This document shows positions 25,445 to 38,568 of a DNA stretch of 64,000 nt, piece by piece (positions within the stretch are counted from its first letter, which is position 1; every line of letters starts with the position of its first letter). The translations under genes were made by a program, and so were the position numbers. Source of the stretch: Dimorphilus gyrociliatus (Eukaryota; Animalia; Annelida); assembly GCA_904063045.1 (NCBI GenBank), contig CAJFCJ010000003.1, positions 186,001 to 250,000 of the forward strand. Reading direction: 5' to 3'. The notes beneath the pieces were generated by a model. That model was not told the origin of the DNA and made no database searches. It was given only the letters and a program-made list of their open reading frames with translations.

Positions 25445-27561
25445 TTAAATCGGTAATTTTTGACCAGTTGTTGAACAGTGGCATAGAGCCATATATTGTT
25501 TCATATTAAAATCCTCTTCTTTAACCTTGTGTTGATCGGAATGTGATAGATTTGCCATATCGTCATTCCAAAATTCAAGCATTCTTTCATTGTACAAAGT
25601 TTCAACATGAGCGTTGCTTGTAAAGACTTTAACGTTTCTATTATTCTTGGTGAAAGGTTTCCAATCGGAAGGAGAGCTAAATTAAACAATACAGAGAAAG
25701 TTAAAAAATGGATTTAACAGAAGAGAAATGATAAAGAGATTATAATAAATCAATAATTATTGATAAAATTATTAGATATCTCTTACAATCAGTTTTTTGT
25801 ATAGTAGCTTTATTAGTTATGTTAATCTAAATCGTTTTTCATGATAATTACCCTTTTTCCATAAATTCTCCCCACGCTTTCATGAGGTTCATACTGATAC
25901 TCTTGTCGTGATGCCCCCAATTTGTCGATATTCTGCTCATGTAGGGATCTCCAAAAATGTATGGAACATCCATTCCTCTACTCATAACTAACCAATGAGG
26001 TCCTACGCTGAAAGGTGGCTGATGTTGTAGTTCGTATAGATAAACAGTAGACAGCTTTCTAGCATAATATTCGGCCAGCCTGTAAGTGGGTGCAACGGTA
26101 TAAACATCGCCCAACATTTTTGATGCCATTCTGTAGAGAACGTCTTTTGGCTTGTTCTTGCTATTGTACATGCTCTTCGTTCTCATCACCATTTCGTTTT
26201 GAATTCCTTCACTATTACTTTTGTATGTATAAAGCTTACACAATAGGGTGACAATTTCGGCGAAATGCTCTTCGTCTCTTATCGTATTGCCTGAATGCCC
26301 TATAAAAGGTTGAACGTAATCGAACCCCTCATTTGATACGGCTCCTAAGAGAAGAGGAATTTTGAGTTGTCTATTTTTTTCGTAGATAAGTTTTGGATCA
26401 TCGAGTATGACGTGTCCGTCAATGACTAAACTGAGATTAACGCTAATAGGTAGCAATTCAACGAGCTTTTGAATGGGTACAGTTTTAAGGAAAGCTTTCA
26501 TGGCTTTTCCGTCCTTGTTTCCAGGATAATCGAAGAAAGTCTTAACTAAGAAATAGAATAGTTCAGAAGCAAAAGCGCGGGTCATGAAAAACTCAGGTTT
26601 AATAATAGTACCACCGGTACAAATAGCACGATGGAAGAGTCCTTTTGCTAGTTTTGAAACCATTAGAGCATTAACCATTACTGATCCTGTAGAGGAGAGA
26701 AATATTTTCCTTTAGTTATTGAATGTATAGAGTATATAATTTGTATAATTCATTTTTTCTCTTTCTCACCTGCTCCAGTTCCAAAAAGAGTAACATTACT
26801 CTTGTTTCCTCCGAAATGTTCTATATACTTTTGTACCCATTGCAAAGATAGGATTTGATCTAAAAGAGCGTAATTTCCTTCCAAAGCACCGTCGTGGGAC
26901 GTCATAAAACCTATATTGTAAATATATATTCTGTTATACGATAATTAGAATAATATATTTTATACTGTATACAAAGTATTATATAGTTTATACAGTAGTT
27001 TTAATATTATAATACAGTTTCTATTATTCTTTATTAACAAACCTAAAGATCCAAATCTGAAGTTTACAGTAACGAGAATGCATCGGTTTACGGCACAAAA
27101 CACTTCTCCTCCGAAGAGATTTTGTGAACCAATTTTTAAGAATGTATTATTAAAATATACTATAACCGGAAGCTTTTCATTTGGTTCAACATTGCTCGAC
27201 CTCCAAACATTTAAATATAGGCAGTCTTCGTCCATTATCGAGTCCTCCGGTTTATTCTCCAGCATTTCGTTATACGCATCGAAAGACTCCCTCAATTGGG
27301 GAGTAATTGGGCCTATAGTTTTGGCAACAGAAAAAGAATGTTATGTATAGAATAAATCTACTTTAATAAATCTATATATTAACCGCATTTCGTAGCAATC
27401 TTTTTGCCAGACCATAATTCAGCCATCTGGGGTCTTTCAAATCTTTCGGCCGTTCCAAATCTTATACCCAAAAAGCAATCAACTGGCTTATTAATTTGAG
27501 GGTTAGTGACCGTCAGTCCCTCGATTGAACAGTCGGAAGATATCTGCACTGTAGGATTCAT
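25445..27561 (-). CDS. Type-B carboxylesterase/cholinesterase-fold protein, predicted catalytically inactive and cytosolic, 5 exons, 551 aa
   Basis: Exons 27561-27384, 27312-27043, 26910-26770, 26686-25852 and 25676-25445 total 1656 nt (552 codons), with GT-AG introns of 71-175 nt. Family motifs: [76 protein letters not shown]. The nucleophile elbow reads GTGAG. Confidence 0.9.
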
Positions 27562-27594
27562 TCTTGGTGGACGAATTGTTAGAGTAAGTGATAT

Positions 27595-27674
27595 CTTTCA
27601 GTTTTGGTAGTAGAATGAATTCGATAATGTATATATGTTGTTAAAATATCAGCTTGCTATCTATACCAATTAAC
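27595..27674 (-). other. Probable 80-nt 5'UTR intron of the esterase-like gene
   Basis: gttaat donor at 27674 and ctgaaag acceptor at 27595, the same size class as neighbouring introns. The upstream exon has an in-frame TGA and no ATG, so it adds no signal peptide. Confidence 0.4.
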
Positions 27675-28166
27675 CAGATGTTGAAGGGGTCAAACAATGA
27701 ATTACCCACGTCTGTGTCTATTAAACCTGAACAAATTTTATGGGCCAATGGACCGAATCGATTTCTATTTAATTCCGACACCCGCTTCAAGCTCTTTTTC
27801 AAAACAAAGCAATGCTATTACACATTCTATGATATACTGTGCCCGTATAATTGTATTCACTGAAACTTTTGTTTCTTAGATTCTATCATCAACATTATGA
27901 ATTAATTAATAATATACAGTAGTCTAATTTCCCTATTAGTTTCACTATCCCTCTACTTTTAATCTAATTCTAGACAGCCATCTTTTAATAATATCTTTTT
28001 TAACTATTTTTTTGTATTCATGTTTAAGCTGTAGATTTGTTCATTTATCTCTTCTAACTAATTGTCAATTTCTTTTTTATCCTGCGTTTCACCCACCCTT
28101 CTTCTACCTTCTTTTTTGTGTTTCTTCATAAAAATACATCACAGATGGCTAGACGACTGCATCTAC

Positions 28167-28182
28167 TGTTGCCATCTGGCGT
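28167..28182 (-). promoter_or_regulatory. CTCF-like motif
   Basis: Minus strand ACGCCAGATGGCAACA versus consensus CCASYAGRKGGCRSY. Confidence 0.4.
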
Positions 28183-30480
28183 TCTTGCAACAAAAGACTA
28201 TAGTGTAAACAAAAAGACACACTTGTATATACTCATTCATTTATTCATCATCTAGCTAATCAGCGTATTTAAAATTTATATCTGTAATTGTAAAAGTAAA
28301 AATTAACAGTAATAGGCCCATTTAGTTCTACTAACAATAATTACAATAATAATAATAATAATAATAATAGTAATGCCAGTAATAGTAAAACATAGTAGGA
28401 AAATAGATTTCCTATTAACAAACAAACAAGAAAGTGTCTCAGATGCATTGCATAAAAGAGAGAGGGGGGAGGGAGGGAGGAGGAGGAAGACACGGAAGAG
28501 AAACAATACAAAAAAGCCTCGAAATATACAACAGATAAAAAATGGTATATAAGTGATCAATTTAGTTTGATATAAAGTATAAAATTTATACTATACACTG
28601 TATATATTGTATTGTATGAGATGAAAAGGATTGTTTAAGAGGGAAGAAAGCTGGTTTGGAATAGGAAAATATGTTGGATTATTAATTAGGATTGTTGTAA
28701 TAAAATAAAAGGATAGGGTAGAAAGTATTAAGTAAGAAAATTGATCAATCATTATTAGAGTTGATTAGTTGTGTTTCCTTTAGAATCAATGAACTATAAT
28801 TAGGTACTCCCCTTGAAAAAATTCTTTTAGTCTATACTCGGTCTTTTATAGGTTTTGTGGGAATGAAAATGAACCATTTACTTGTTGTTATACCCGGACA
28901 ATAAAACGAAAAATGAAAAGGTCTTGTTTTAATAGAATAGTCTCTATAAATTAATTAATTGGTTAACTAATTGATAAATGAAATGTTGGGATACTTGAAG
29001 TAGTTTAGTCCATGTTAAATACTTATTACTTATACTTAGAGCTCTCTACTCCGTTAATAGGCATATGTTTGGATATTTTATTATTTACCAAAGTTAAATT
29101 CGTCTCTGCGGTTTGTACTACTTGTACTATTTTCTCTGACCGACTAATGATTGAAGGACTTTTATTCGGGCTACTTTAACGGAGCAAAAATCAATTGGAT
29201 AGGGTTCGCTAGTTGGCCAGAAATTCCCAATAGAACAACTTGGGCGCAAAGCGATTCAAATGTAAAAAGTCGAAAAATATCCAACTTAGTGGAAGAAAAC
29301 CGTGACTAAGAGTTTCTTTTTGGGAGAAATATGATTATCTTTAAGCTTTTCCGCACAGTTGATCTTTGCCTAGTAAACTAGACATGACTTTATTATACAT
29401 CAATTAAATCTTTTCCATTTCTGTGTCTCTCTTCCTCTGTTTCTCCAGCTCCGTAGCCCCTTCTCTCTCTCTCTGCTTCACTCTGTTCACGTAACGGAAA
29501 ATGTTACATTTACCAACTTTACAGCAATTCCCTGGGGTATTGCGAAATCTAAGCTCATTGCAAATGGCGGTAAAATTCTTGAGCTCTTTATTATGATTTC
29601 TCGTCAACAGACGAAACGTGGCCGAAATTATTTTCTACAAAACTAAGACGAAGCTTTAGTCCATACTAATTTTTTTATATGCCTTCCCTCCTGCCAAGTT
29701 ACCTCTCTTTTCCCACATTCTCTCCATCCATCTATCTATCCATCTATGAAACATATTTAGAAAAAGTTTATTCTCGTTGCTCACGTTTCCTTTTCTTCCC
29801 TTCTCTTTATTCTTCCGTCCTCTTGATTTGCTTATGCATGAAATAATTATAAAAGTATAAAAATCTAATTAGTACAAATTTATTTATTAATAGTAATTTA
29901 AAAGATAATTAAAATAATGACTAGGAGAAATAGCTTTCATTGATTCTTTCTTCAATATTCTCTCTGTTTTTCTTTCCTATTCTAAAGTATTATAAACTTT
30001 CTACAACATTCTACTTTAAATGTTATATTTATTTAATGATTTCTCTTGATCTGTTTTGCTTTTATAATATTAATTTAATTTATTTAATTGAATTAAATAG
30101 AAAATGAGACAAGTAAACTTTTCATTATAGTTGATCAGTTGTCGATTTATTAAAGATGAGAGAGAGAGAGACGGAGGGAAAAGGAAGAGAAAGTACTTAT
30201 TGATAATGTTAACAATTTGAAACAAATTTGTGCTTGTTCATTTCTAATTAGCCTAATTAAAATTACTTAAAGAAAGTTAACTGTGAATGGTAGATAGGAG
30301 AAAAATGTTAGTTTTGTATTAAATAGAAAGAAAATGGATAGAAAATAGTCATTTGTTGTTTCTTTTTCAAATGTTTTCTCTTCTTAAACTGAGAATATAT
30401 GAAAGATGACAAGAAAGAAATATAATTGTATAGTAGAATTTTGTTTCTTTGTGCTTGTTTTTCAACTTATATAGTATTTG

Positions 30481-30516
<36 letters not shown>

Positions 30517-32226
30517 CTGTATATATAGAGAATATTAGATAAATTGTAATCTAATACCTCAGTACAAGGCGTCTTACTGAGAATTTATTACTTAAAATTT
30601 TTCTACTATAGACCATAAACTAATTGATGTTATCGTTAAATGTGAATTCATAAAAAGAACAAATGATCCCTAATTAATCCGAGGGGGGATTATAAGAATA
30701 AAGAAAATCGTTAGTGAAAAAAATACAATATTATTCCCTTTAAAAATAAATCACCAATGAAAGATAGTAGGAGAGATTGATAGGAGTCGGGAAGAGGATG
30801 AAATGAATAGATAAATGAATAGATTCTGTATATACAGTAGATGAATGAAAAGGTGGAGAGAGTAGAAGAAAAATGAAATTTCGTTAGTTTCAACGGACGA
30901 GTACTTGGAATCTCTTTCTCGTCTATTTATCCAAGAGAATTTAGGTTCTCTTTAGAAAAGGATAGCACTACTATTCCTATTAAATATAGTAAAAAGGGAA
31001 AATGAATAAATGATGGAAATTGTAAAGAAAACTTTATTGACAAAGGTAATTTTCAACAAATTACTAGATTATTTACCAGATAAAAGTAGAAATATTCCAC
31101 AATATTACATTATATAGCTTTCTTCTCTTATAAGAAAGGAAGATAAGTAATCTTTTAAACTATCATTTTCTATTCATAATAGAATCTCTATTGAAGTCTG
31201 TCTGTACTGTATTCAAAATGTTAACATAGGAAGAAGATAGAAAAACAACTAGATATAGATAGACGGATGGCTAGATAGATAGATAGTTAGATGGTTAGAA
31301 AGATATAAAGATATAAAGATAGATAGATAGACAGATAAAGAGTAAGAGAGAAAGAGATGTAAAGGTAAGAAAGAGAAAAGAATATAGGAGAAGAGTGATT
31401 TGTCTGTATTTGTTTTTGACCAATAACGCATTAGTAAAATTTCTTTTGTTTATTAATTCAAAAAGAAATGATTGGACAGTATTAGATTATTAAAATGATT
31501 ACATTAGACTCTTTTTTTCCCCTCTTTTCTCATCAAATAAATATTCAAAAATATAAAATGAATTTGTTGTCAAACCAGACAAAATATCTAATATATTCTT
31601 TTAATGGATTTAATGGACAATACAAGTTATTACTTGATCTATAAAAGTACAAAGTTTTCCGTTTCTATATTGTATCTATCTAACTATCTATCTCTCTGTC
31701 TTTTTCTTTCTTTCTTTCTTTCCATTCCTCCTTCTTTCGTGTCCTGGATTTGTTGCCTCAAGAACACAGTATCTTGTTACATACGTACAGATGTATGGTA
31801 TACAAAAAACTCTATTATTATCTTTCCGAAGCAATTAATAATTGATTCGAATTAATCCATACTTGCTTTACTAATAATCTAATACTACAACTAATTAATT
31901 ATCCAGATATCTCTCTTCTTCGTAAACAAAAATATTCTCTTTCATTTTATGTATATGTGTGTGTATATGCCTAATTGCCGTTGAGCTTTTAAGTTGAAAG
32001 ACAAACGCGATAATTTTACAACTATTGTTGTTTTTGATATTGTTCTTATTATTATTATTAGTGTTATTATTTAGGTCGTTTATGTCTTTTTCTGTTACAA
32101 ATTAATGAATAGAGTCATTTTAATAAGTCTTCGTTTGTTACTTAAAACCGTCAATGAAATCAGAGATAGAATTTTTAATAATAAATAGAGATAGCCGAGA
32201 AAGAAGAAGACTTTAATAGATTTCTC

Positions 32227-32242
32227 TCGATAGATGGCGCTA
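32227..32242 (+). promoter_or_regulatory. CTCF-like motif
   Basis: TCGATAGATGGCGCTA: strong TAGATGGCGCTA core, weaker 5' end. Confidence 0.4.
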
Positions 32243-33368
32243 CTGGGAAATCAAAATATGAATTTTCATGTTAAAACTTATCAACTCTTCAAAGTTACAG
32301 CAAACATTAGAGAATAGTTTAGTATGTTTTTATTATGGAAAAATTCTTTCCTTTTCTTTTTTTTTTAAAAAGAAATAGAAAAAAAAGGCAATATCAATAC
32401 TTATATTAAAATTGGAGTATAATAAACAAAAGCGATAGTAGTAATTGTAATAATAAATATAATAGTCATAACAATATTTGGATAAAATTACAATACAAAT
32501 ACAAGAATCATGAGAGGTAATTTTTTTGTGTTTTTGGGTTTTTCAGCTTTGTAAACATTTTCCCCCATCACTTAGATTGGAGTTAAGGATTAAGCTGATA
32601 TAAAATAATGAAGAAATATTTTGAAACTTTCCTTTATCTGTTATCATTTCTCCATGTTTTCTTTTAAGACAACAAAATGAATTTTATATCTTTTGATTGA
32701 ATAAGACAAAATAGTTTTGTCTTTTTATATTTCTTTGTTTAATAAGCTAATTAGTTGATTGTTTTTTTTTTGTTCGCTTCTTGTTAAAAAGTATTTTCAA
32801 CAAATTTGAATCTCTCGCTATTATATGGGTTTTTTTAAGGTTAATAAAAGGAAAATACGTATTAATGGCACGAGAATATATCATCAGGTACATTCACTTT
32901 ACACTGCAACAAGAAAAGAAAATTAAATCTCTCCTTCTCTATCTTTCTTTTTCCTTAAAAAAGAACACTTTGAAAGAGAAAAGAAAGAAAATGAAAAGTT
33001 TTTTCCTAATATATATATACAGTATATATAGATTATACTCATTCCTCTCTTCTCTCTTCTCAAAAAGAGATAAATGAATGAATAAGATCATTAGATATTT
33101 CTTATATACTGTATATAAATTAAGAGTTATATAGTGTTATAAATATATAAATAATCTAAATATATATACAGTATATATAATGTATATATATATATAGATT
33201 TTCTGTACATAAACGCCATATTACTGTTGCTTTTTTATAACAAGAAACAAAACTGAAAATATGAATGCATAGTAAAATTTGAAAACGCTTTGCAGTTTGC
33301 AGTTCCGTTGTTTTTTTTTTCCTGTCCCTCCAGTTCGAGGATTATCTTTATTTCTAATTCATCATCAG

Positions 33369-33502
33369 TCAGCGCCCTAATGCGAACAACAGAAGAGATA
33401 AAATGATTTTTCTCGATGCTCTAGCGACGCCTTCTGTCGAATTATAGCCAAGTTCTTTATAGCGTTGTTGTCCGTTGCTGTCTTTTCGCATACGTGTTTG
33501 AG
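33369..33502 (-). CDS. Dpr/ZIG-8-like Ig protein, terminal exon (putative GPI-anchor signal)
   Basis: Acceptor tttttcag| with phase 1 matching the previous exon. Encodes AQTRMRKDSNGQQRYKELGYNSTEGVARASRKIILSLLLFALGR*: small residues, a spacer, then a hydrophobic tail. Too short for the ORF track. Confidence 0.7.
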
Positions 33503-34410
33503 CTGAAAAATTAATGAGAAGTCAGAAAATTTTCTTAAATAATCGTAAATTATTCACAGCATTCTTCTTCTTATCTTCCAATTAAAGCAAAATTTAAGGA
33601 TAGTTGTAAATATCTCGTTTTAACTAGTAGAACTTTGATTAAATTACTCTATAAACTTTCCCCAGCATTCTTTCGCTTTCTTACAATATCTTTTTTTGTA
33701 TTGTTCCATCATTCCCTCCCTGTTACCCTTCCTCTATCGTGCTATGAGTTTGTGGGGAAAATTGAAGGATTTAAATGAGTTTTGCCATCAAGGCGTATGT
33801 TTGTATTATGCCCCGGAACAATTTCCAACGTCCTGTCCAATGAATATCAAAAAGAAAAAAAAAACAGTACAGAAAACACAGAAAGAGAATGAGAGTGTGT
33901 TTGTAAGTAATGAAGGAAGAGAAGATATTTAAATAAACATGTTGGATATATTGTGGAGGAAGGGACATATAAGAAAGAGAAGCAGAGAGATAAAAAAAAT
34001 AAGATAAAAGGTAAAAATGATAAAAACAAGTATAAAGTTTGATGTAGACTAGTAAATTTTTGTTTCTACACTTTGCTCAATTAAATGTAGAAGGATAAAG
34101 TGGAGAGAGATGTCTTTTTATGGAAAATTCCTATTAATATAGATATAGAAATAATTTTGTTGAATTAAATAACATTTAAAAAGTCAATAATAACTGCAAT
34201 AATAATATGGAAAATAAAGAAAGAAGAATATAAAAGTACTTTAATAATCTGCAAAAAGAAATTGACATTCGCACTGCGTGACAGTAGTCTTCAACTAAAA
34301 TCGCTTTTGCCTGGAAAAGATTCTGAAGGATATTATCTATTGTTGATTTCGATAGTTGGATGATATTTTTTATTAATAAATTTCTCGCTATCTGTTCTTT
34401 CTTTATCTTC

Positions 34411-34440
34411 TGTCTCTGTCTCTGTCTCTCTTTCTGTCTT

Positions 34441-34500
<60 letters not shown>

Positions 34501-34506
34501 TCTGTC
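34411..34506. repeat. (CTCTGT)n/(CT)n microsatellite
   Basis: Directly visible. Produces spurious RE/SL-repeat ORFs. Confidence 0.9.
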
Positions 34507-35489
34507 TTTCTCACACATAGCTACAAACACATACACACTCTCTTTTTGTGTCTCTCTTTTGTTTTATCTTAATAAAAACTAACAAAAGATAAATAGGAGG
34601 AAAAAAATTTGACGCAATTAAGGATTATGAATTATTAGTACTCTTTTGAATTATCTTATGAGCTTTCTATATGATACCTATTGTTGGATAAACGCTTTAC
34701 ACATTCAACATAAAATGATAGTGTTATTTCCCATAACAACAAAACTCCTATGAATAGTGTCATGAAAACCATATGGTAATGAGGTGAATCTTGTCCAAAG
34801 CAATCTATCGAAATTCCGGACACGGTAAAATTAGGGTCGACGTCTGATGTACGATTTATAAACCCTTATGTTTTCCTACTTAAGTATCAAGTTTTACCGA
34901 CTTGGATAATATACAAAAGAGATGAAAGTGTCCATAGAATAGGCTGAGGGCTCTACTTTTTTCCTACCTTTTATCATTTCTTTATAGTATTATTTTTTGA
35001 CCTGAGCTAGGTTTATAAACAGCTTACAAATAGAGAAATTATATACAACTAAGGGAATATTAAAGATATTACATCCGTTAAACCTTCCTATACGCTTCCA
35101 TTCTTTAGACTATTTCTAGCTCCTCAAATCTATTTTTGGCCTTTTATTTCTCTTCCTTTCCATCATTTCTTAACAGTTTTCTAGATAGGGAAACGATTGG
35201 GAAAAGCAGAAAAGGAGGATTTAAATGACGATTAAATCTAGCCCTGTGACCTTTGTGTTTACGCTTCCTCGTATCCTCTTTTAATTTGTTTCCTAAATCT
35301 TTTCTATTATCATTATTAATGGCAAGGAATGAAAATGGGGAATAAAATACATGGAATGGATCAACTGGATGGGATTCGGAAAAGAGATATTGTCACAGTC
35401 GCGTAGAACTATCCAATTTTGCTTAGAGGAAGATAAATAAGAAAAAGATTTGTTTTCCCCTTATTTTGGTCTTATAGATCTACACGAAC

Positions 35490-35771
35490 CGTTGAGAATA
35501 ACCAGTTTAATCTCGGCCGAATCTTGATTTGTCGATACGCACTTGTATTCTCCTTGGTCACCTTTTTCAGCTTCTTCAATAGCCATAACGCTAATAATTA
35601 CAAGTTTTTCCACTCTTTTTGTGATTAAGATTCGAGAGGATTTCTCATCTATAGCTCTACCATTTTTCAACCATAGAATATCATCGGGAGCATGGGGTCT
35701 GCCGGTAGCGTTGCAAACAATTCTGATGGAACTTCCAACTTCATAGAATTCGTGACCGTAGATGCTGACGG
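35490..35771 (-). CDS. Dpr/ZIG-8-like Ig protein, exon encoding Ig domain 2
   Basis: Acceptor tattttcag|, donor G|gttcgt. Encodes TVSIYGHEFYEVGSSIRIVCNATGRPHAPDDILWLKNG...EKGDQGEYKCVSTNQDSAEIKLVILN, with the Ig Cys, Trp and DxGxYxC. The ORF track splits it over two frames. Confidence 0.88.
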
Positions 35772-37677
35772 CTGAAAATAGAGTGGCACAATAAATAAAT
35801 AAATATAAATAAATTCAACTATACAAGTATTGTAGTTGTCCTGTAAATATTGCACTTATTATTAAAAACAAGTATGATTACAGTCTTGAATCGGAATTGT
35901 TATTTAGTATAGACTAGACCTATTAGAAATAGATTACATGCAACATATACTTCAGTGTCTACATATATTTTTCATTAAATATTTCATATAAGAAAGTGTC
36001 TTTAGGAAGTTACGCCAGAGGACAAAAGTATCCTCTTTGCTTATTTAATACTTCGTGATTTCGTTCTTTATGTTTTTTATATTTTTTATACGTTTTCTCT
36101 TCTTCTCTCTTTTCTTCTTACAGTATATGTCTATCTATTTAACTATCTTTCTGTTTCTTCATCTCTCTCTCTCTCTCTCTCTCTCACTCTTTCGTTTTCC
36201 CTTCTTATTCCTCTCTTACTCTATCTCTCTATCTATTTCCCTCTTTATCTCTCTCTCCCTCTCTCCCCCCTCTCTCTTTCTCTCTCTCTGTGTTTGATTG
36301 ATCCTTTGCTCTGGATTTTCTTATGTCATTACGATATTAAAACCTCTAAGTATACAATTAACATTGATTTTAATTACTTTTTTCACTAATTTATTAAATT
36401 GATATGAAGAGTAATTGAATGATAATTTTAGGAAAAGTTATAAATGAACCAAAATCAATATTCCTATTCTTATAGAGCGCAATTGTTCATGTGAAGATTA
36501 ATTAATTCTTTAGAAAAGATAAGATATATGTATATATAAAGCTCTTACAAAGTGTATAAACAGGCGTATACCCAGTTTATACTGTATATATAAAAAGGTA
36601 CGATATTGTATAAAAAGCTTTGCAATTAACGCATACTTTGTTATGAAAAACATACGTCTTTGAAGGTTTACCAGATGTTTTTCAAGCAGAAATACGAACT
36701 GTGAAATAGACCAGATACTTAATTAAATACCCGTTGAATATATATCTACCATATCTAATTTTACTTATCTAAAACAACCTGGAAAACTATTTTTCTTACT
36801 TATTCTCGATTATAAATCAACATTTTCGTTTTCTGATTATATTGATTAAAGGGAATAATTTCTCTCATTCGCCGAGTTCTAAACTCTTTCTCTCTCCCTC
36901 TCTCTCTCTCTTTTCCCTATTGTTTTTGTCAAAAAATAACAAGGCAAAACAAGACAAAAGTAAACAACTTAAAAAACTAAACCTTTGATTCCTAGTAAGG
37001 GAAGAAGGGGAAGAGACGATAGACAGTAGGAGAATAGAAATAAGGAAGAGGATAACATTTATTTATTTGTTAAATACACAAATTCTTATGTCTGGTGAGT
37101 TGATTGTAGAATAGAATAGTAAAAAGTAATAGACAACAGAAATAAATACTCTCTTTTCCCATCGGTAAACTAGAATTATTATATAGAATACTAATATGCA
37201 TATTATATTGAAATGATAAATAAGAATTTGTCAGAGCATACTGTATATTTTAGGAAATATCTAGGGATAAAATAGGCCTACCAGCAACAAATAATTCATC
37301 ATTTGCATATTTATATTTATTACAATTTTCTTTATTTCTTTCATTTTTGTTTTATATTTTGTTTTCATTTTTTTTTTAAAAAAAAAAAAAAGAGTGGAAA
37401 AAAAAAAGGGATAAAACCCGACCTATCTTGAGAATTTCAATCAGGGTCCCAGACCACAATTTTTATAACGCACTTTTTTTCATCTATTAATCTACGTTAA
37501 TCTCTTTCGAGCTTTGGAATCACGAAAGCATACTTTCATTCCCACTTGACGAGTGCTTAAGTCCTTTCGATCGGATAGTTTATAAAACTAATTATTAAAA
37601 AAATTATATACGCTCCGCAAAAAAGATAAAATGCATAAAAAGGACGCGAGTTAATCTGGAATACTATATATAGCTGC

Positions 37678-37708
<31 letters not shown>

Positions 37709-38275
37709 AATACTTATATACATATTCCAAAAGAAACTGTTACGTATCCTCTTCCCGTGCTAAAGGCAAATCTAGAAAATAAATGGAACAATCGAACGAC
37801 TGCACAGCAACGTTTTATCGATTTTATTAGGTCAAAAGTTTTCCGGCAGTTCGACTTAATGGAAGTGTTTTTTCTTCAATCGAAAAAAATATACTTTCCA
37901 ATCTATCCTACCTTTAGTGGATTTTGAGATGGTAAATAGGCCTATAATGGTAACCGTCCCTTAGGCTAATCTGGTCTAAAATTCCCTGCGTAATTACTGC
38001 GCAAATCCTCTGTGATTTTACAAATGTGAATAGCATATGATGAGGACTATTGCTGTATATACGTCTGCATGGGTGAAAGAGTGCCGAAGATAGTCACGTG
38101 GTCTATTCTGGGGGGTACTTAAGTAGGTTTTCAACGCCATGAAAAGACCCAAGTAAGTAAGAAAAAAAAAGAAGAAAGGAAAGAGAGGAGGAGAAGGGAA
38201 AAGGAAAAGAATTGTTCTATATGAATAATATTTAATTTTAGCAGTTGAAAATACCGAGAGAGATGGAGGGAGGGA

Positions 38276-38278
<3 letters not shown>

Positions 38279-38320
<42 letters not shown>

Positions 38321-38511
38321 TGGGAAATAATAAAATAAAAGAAAGAATAGATAATTTAAACATATTATATAAGAAACTAAAAAATTACTATATAACGGCA
38401 TATTTTCTTATTTGTTCTTTTCCCTTTCTTATGGCATTAGATCAAAAGTTGTTTAATAAATTAGCTATCTTTACTATTAGTTTTTCCATTGTCCATTTCA
38501 GTATATATACA

Positions 38512-38566
<55 letters not shown>
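38279..38566. repeat. (GA)n (about 38279-38313) and (TA)n (about 38521-38566) microsatellites
   Basis: Directly visible. Confidence 0.9.

Positions 38567-38568
<2 letters not shown>

Noticed and set aside
25445-27561. Calling the esterase-like gene neuroligin or acetylcholinesterase
   Set aside because: Neuroligin needs a signal peptide, TM helix and PDZ tail, and AChE needs the Ser-His-Glu triad. None of these requirements is met.
28165-28200. Alternative terminal exon for the Dpr-like gene (cactatag|...VFCCKNARWQQ*)
   Set aside because: No GPI or TM character, the 33502 exon fits much better, and the GC-rich patch is better explained as a CTCF-like site.
33016-33119. Possible MITE bounded by the 15-bp inverted repeats TATATACAGTATATA / TATATACTGTATATA (similar pair at 53473-53575)
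   Set aside because: The inverted similarity does not extend past the TA/footprint motif. Two independent footprints in opposite orientation explain it.
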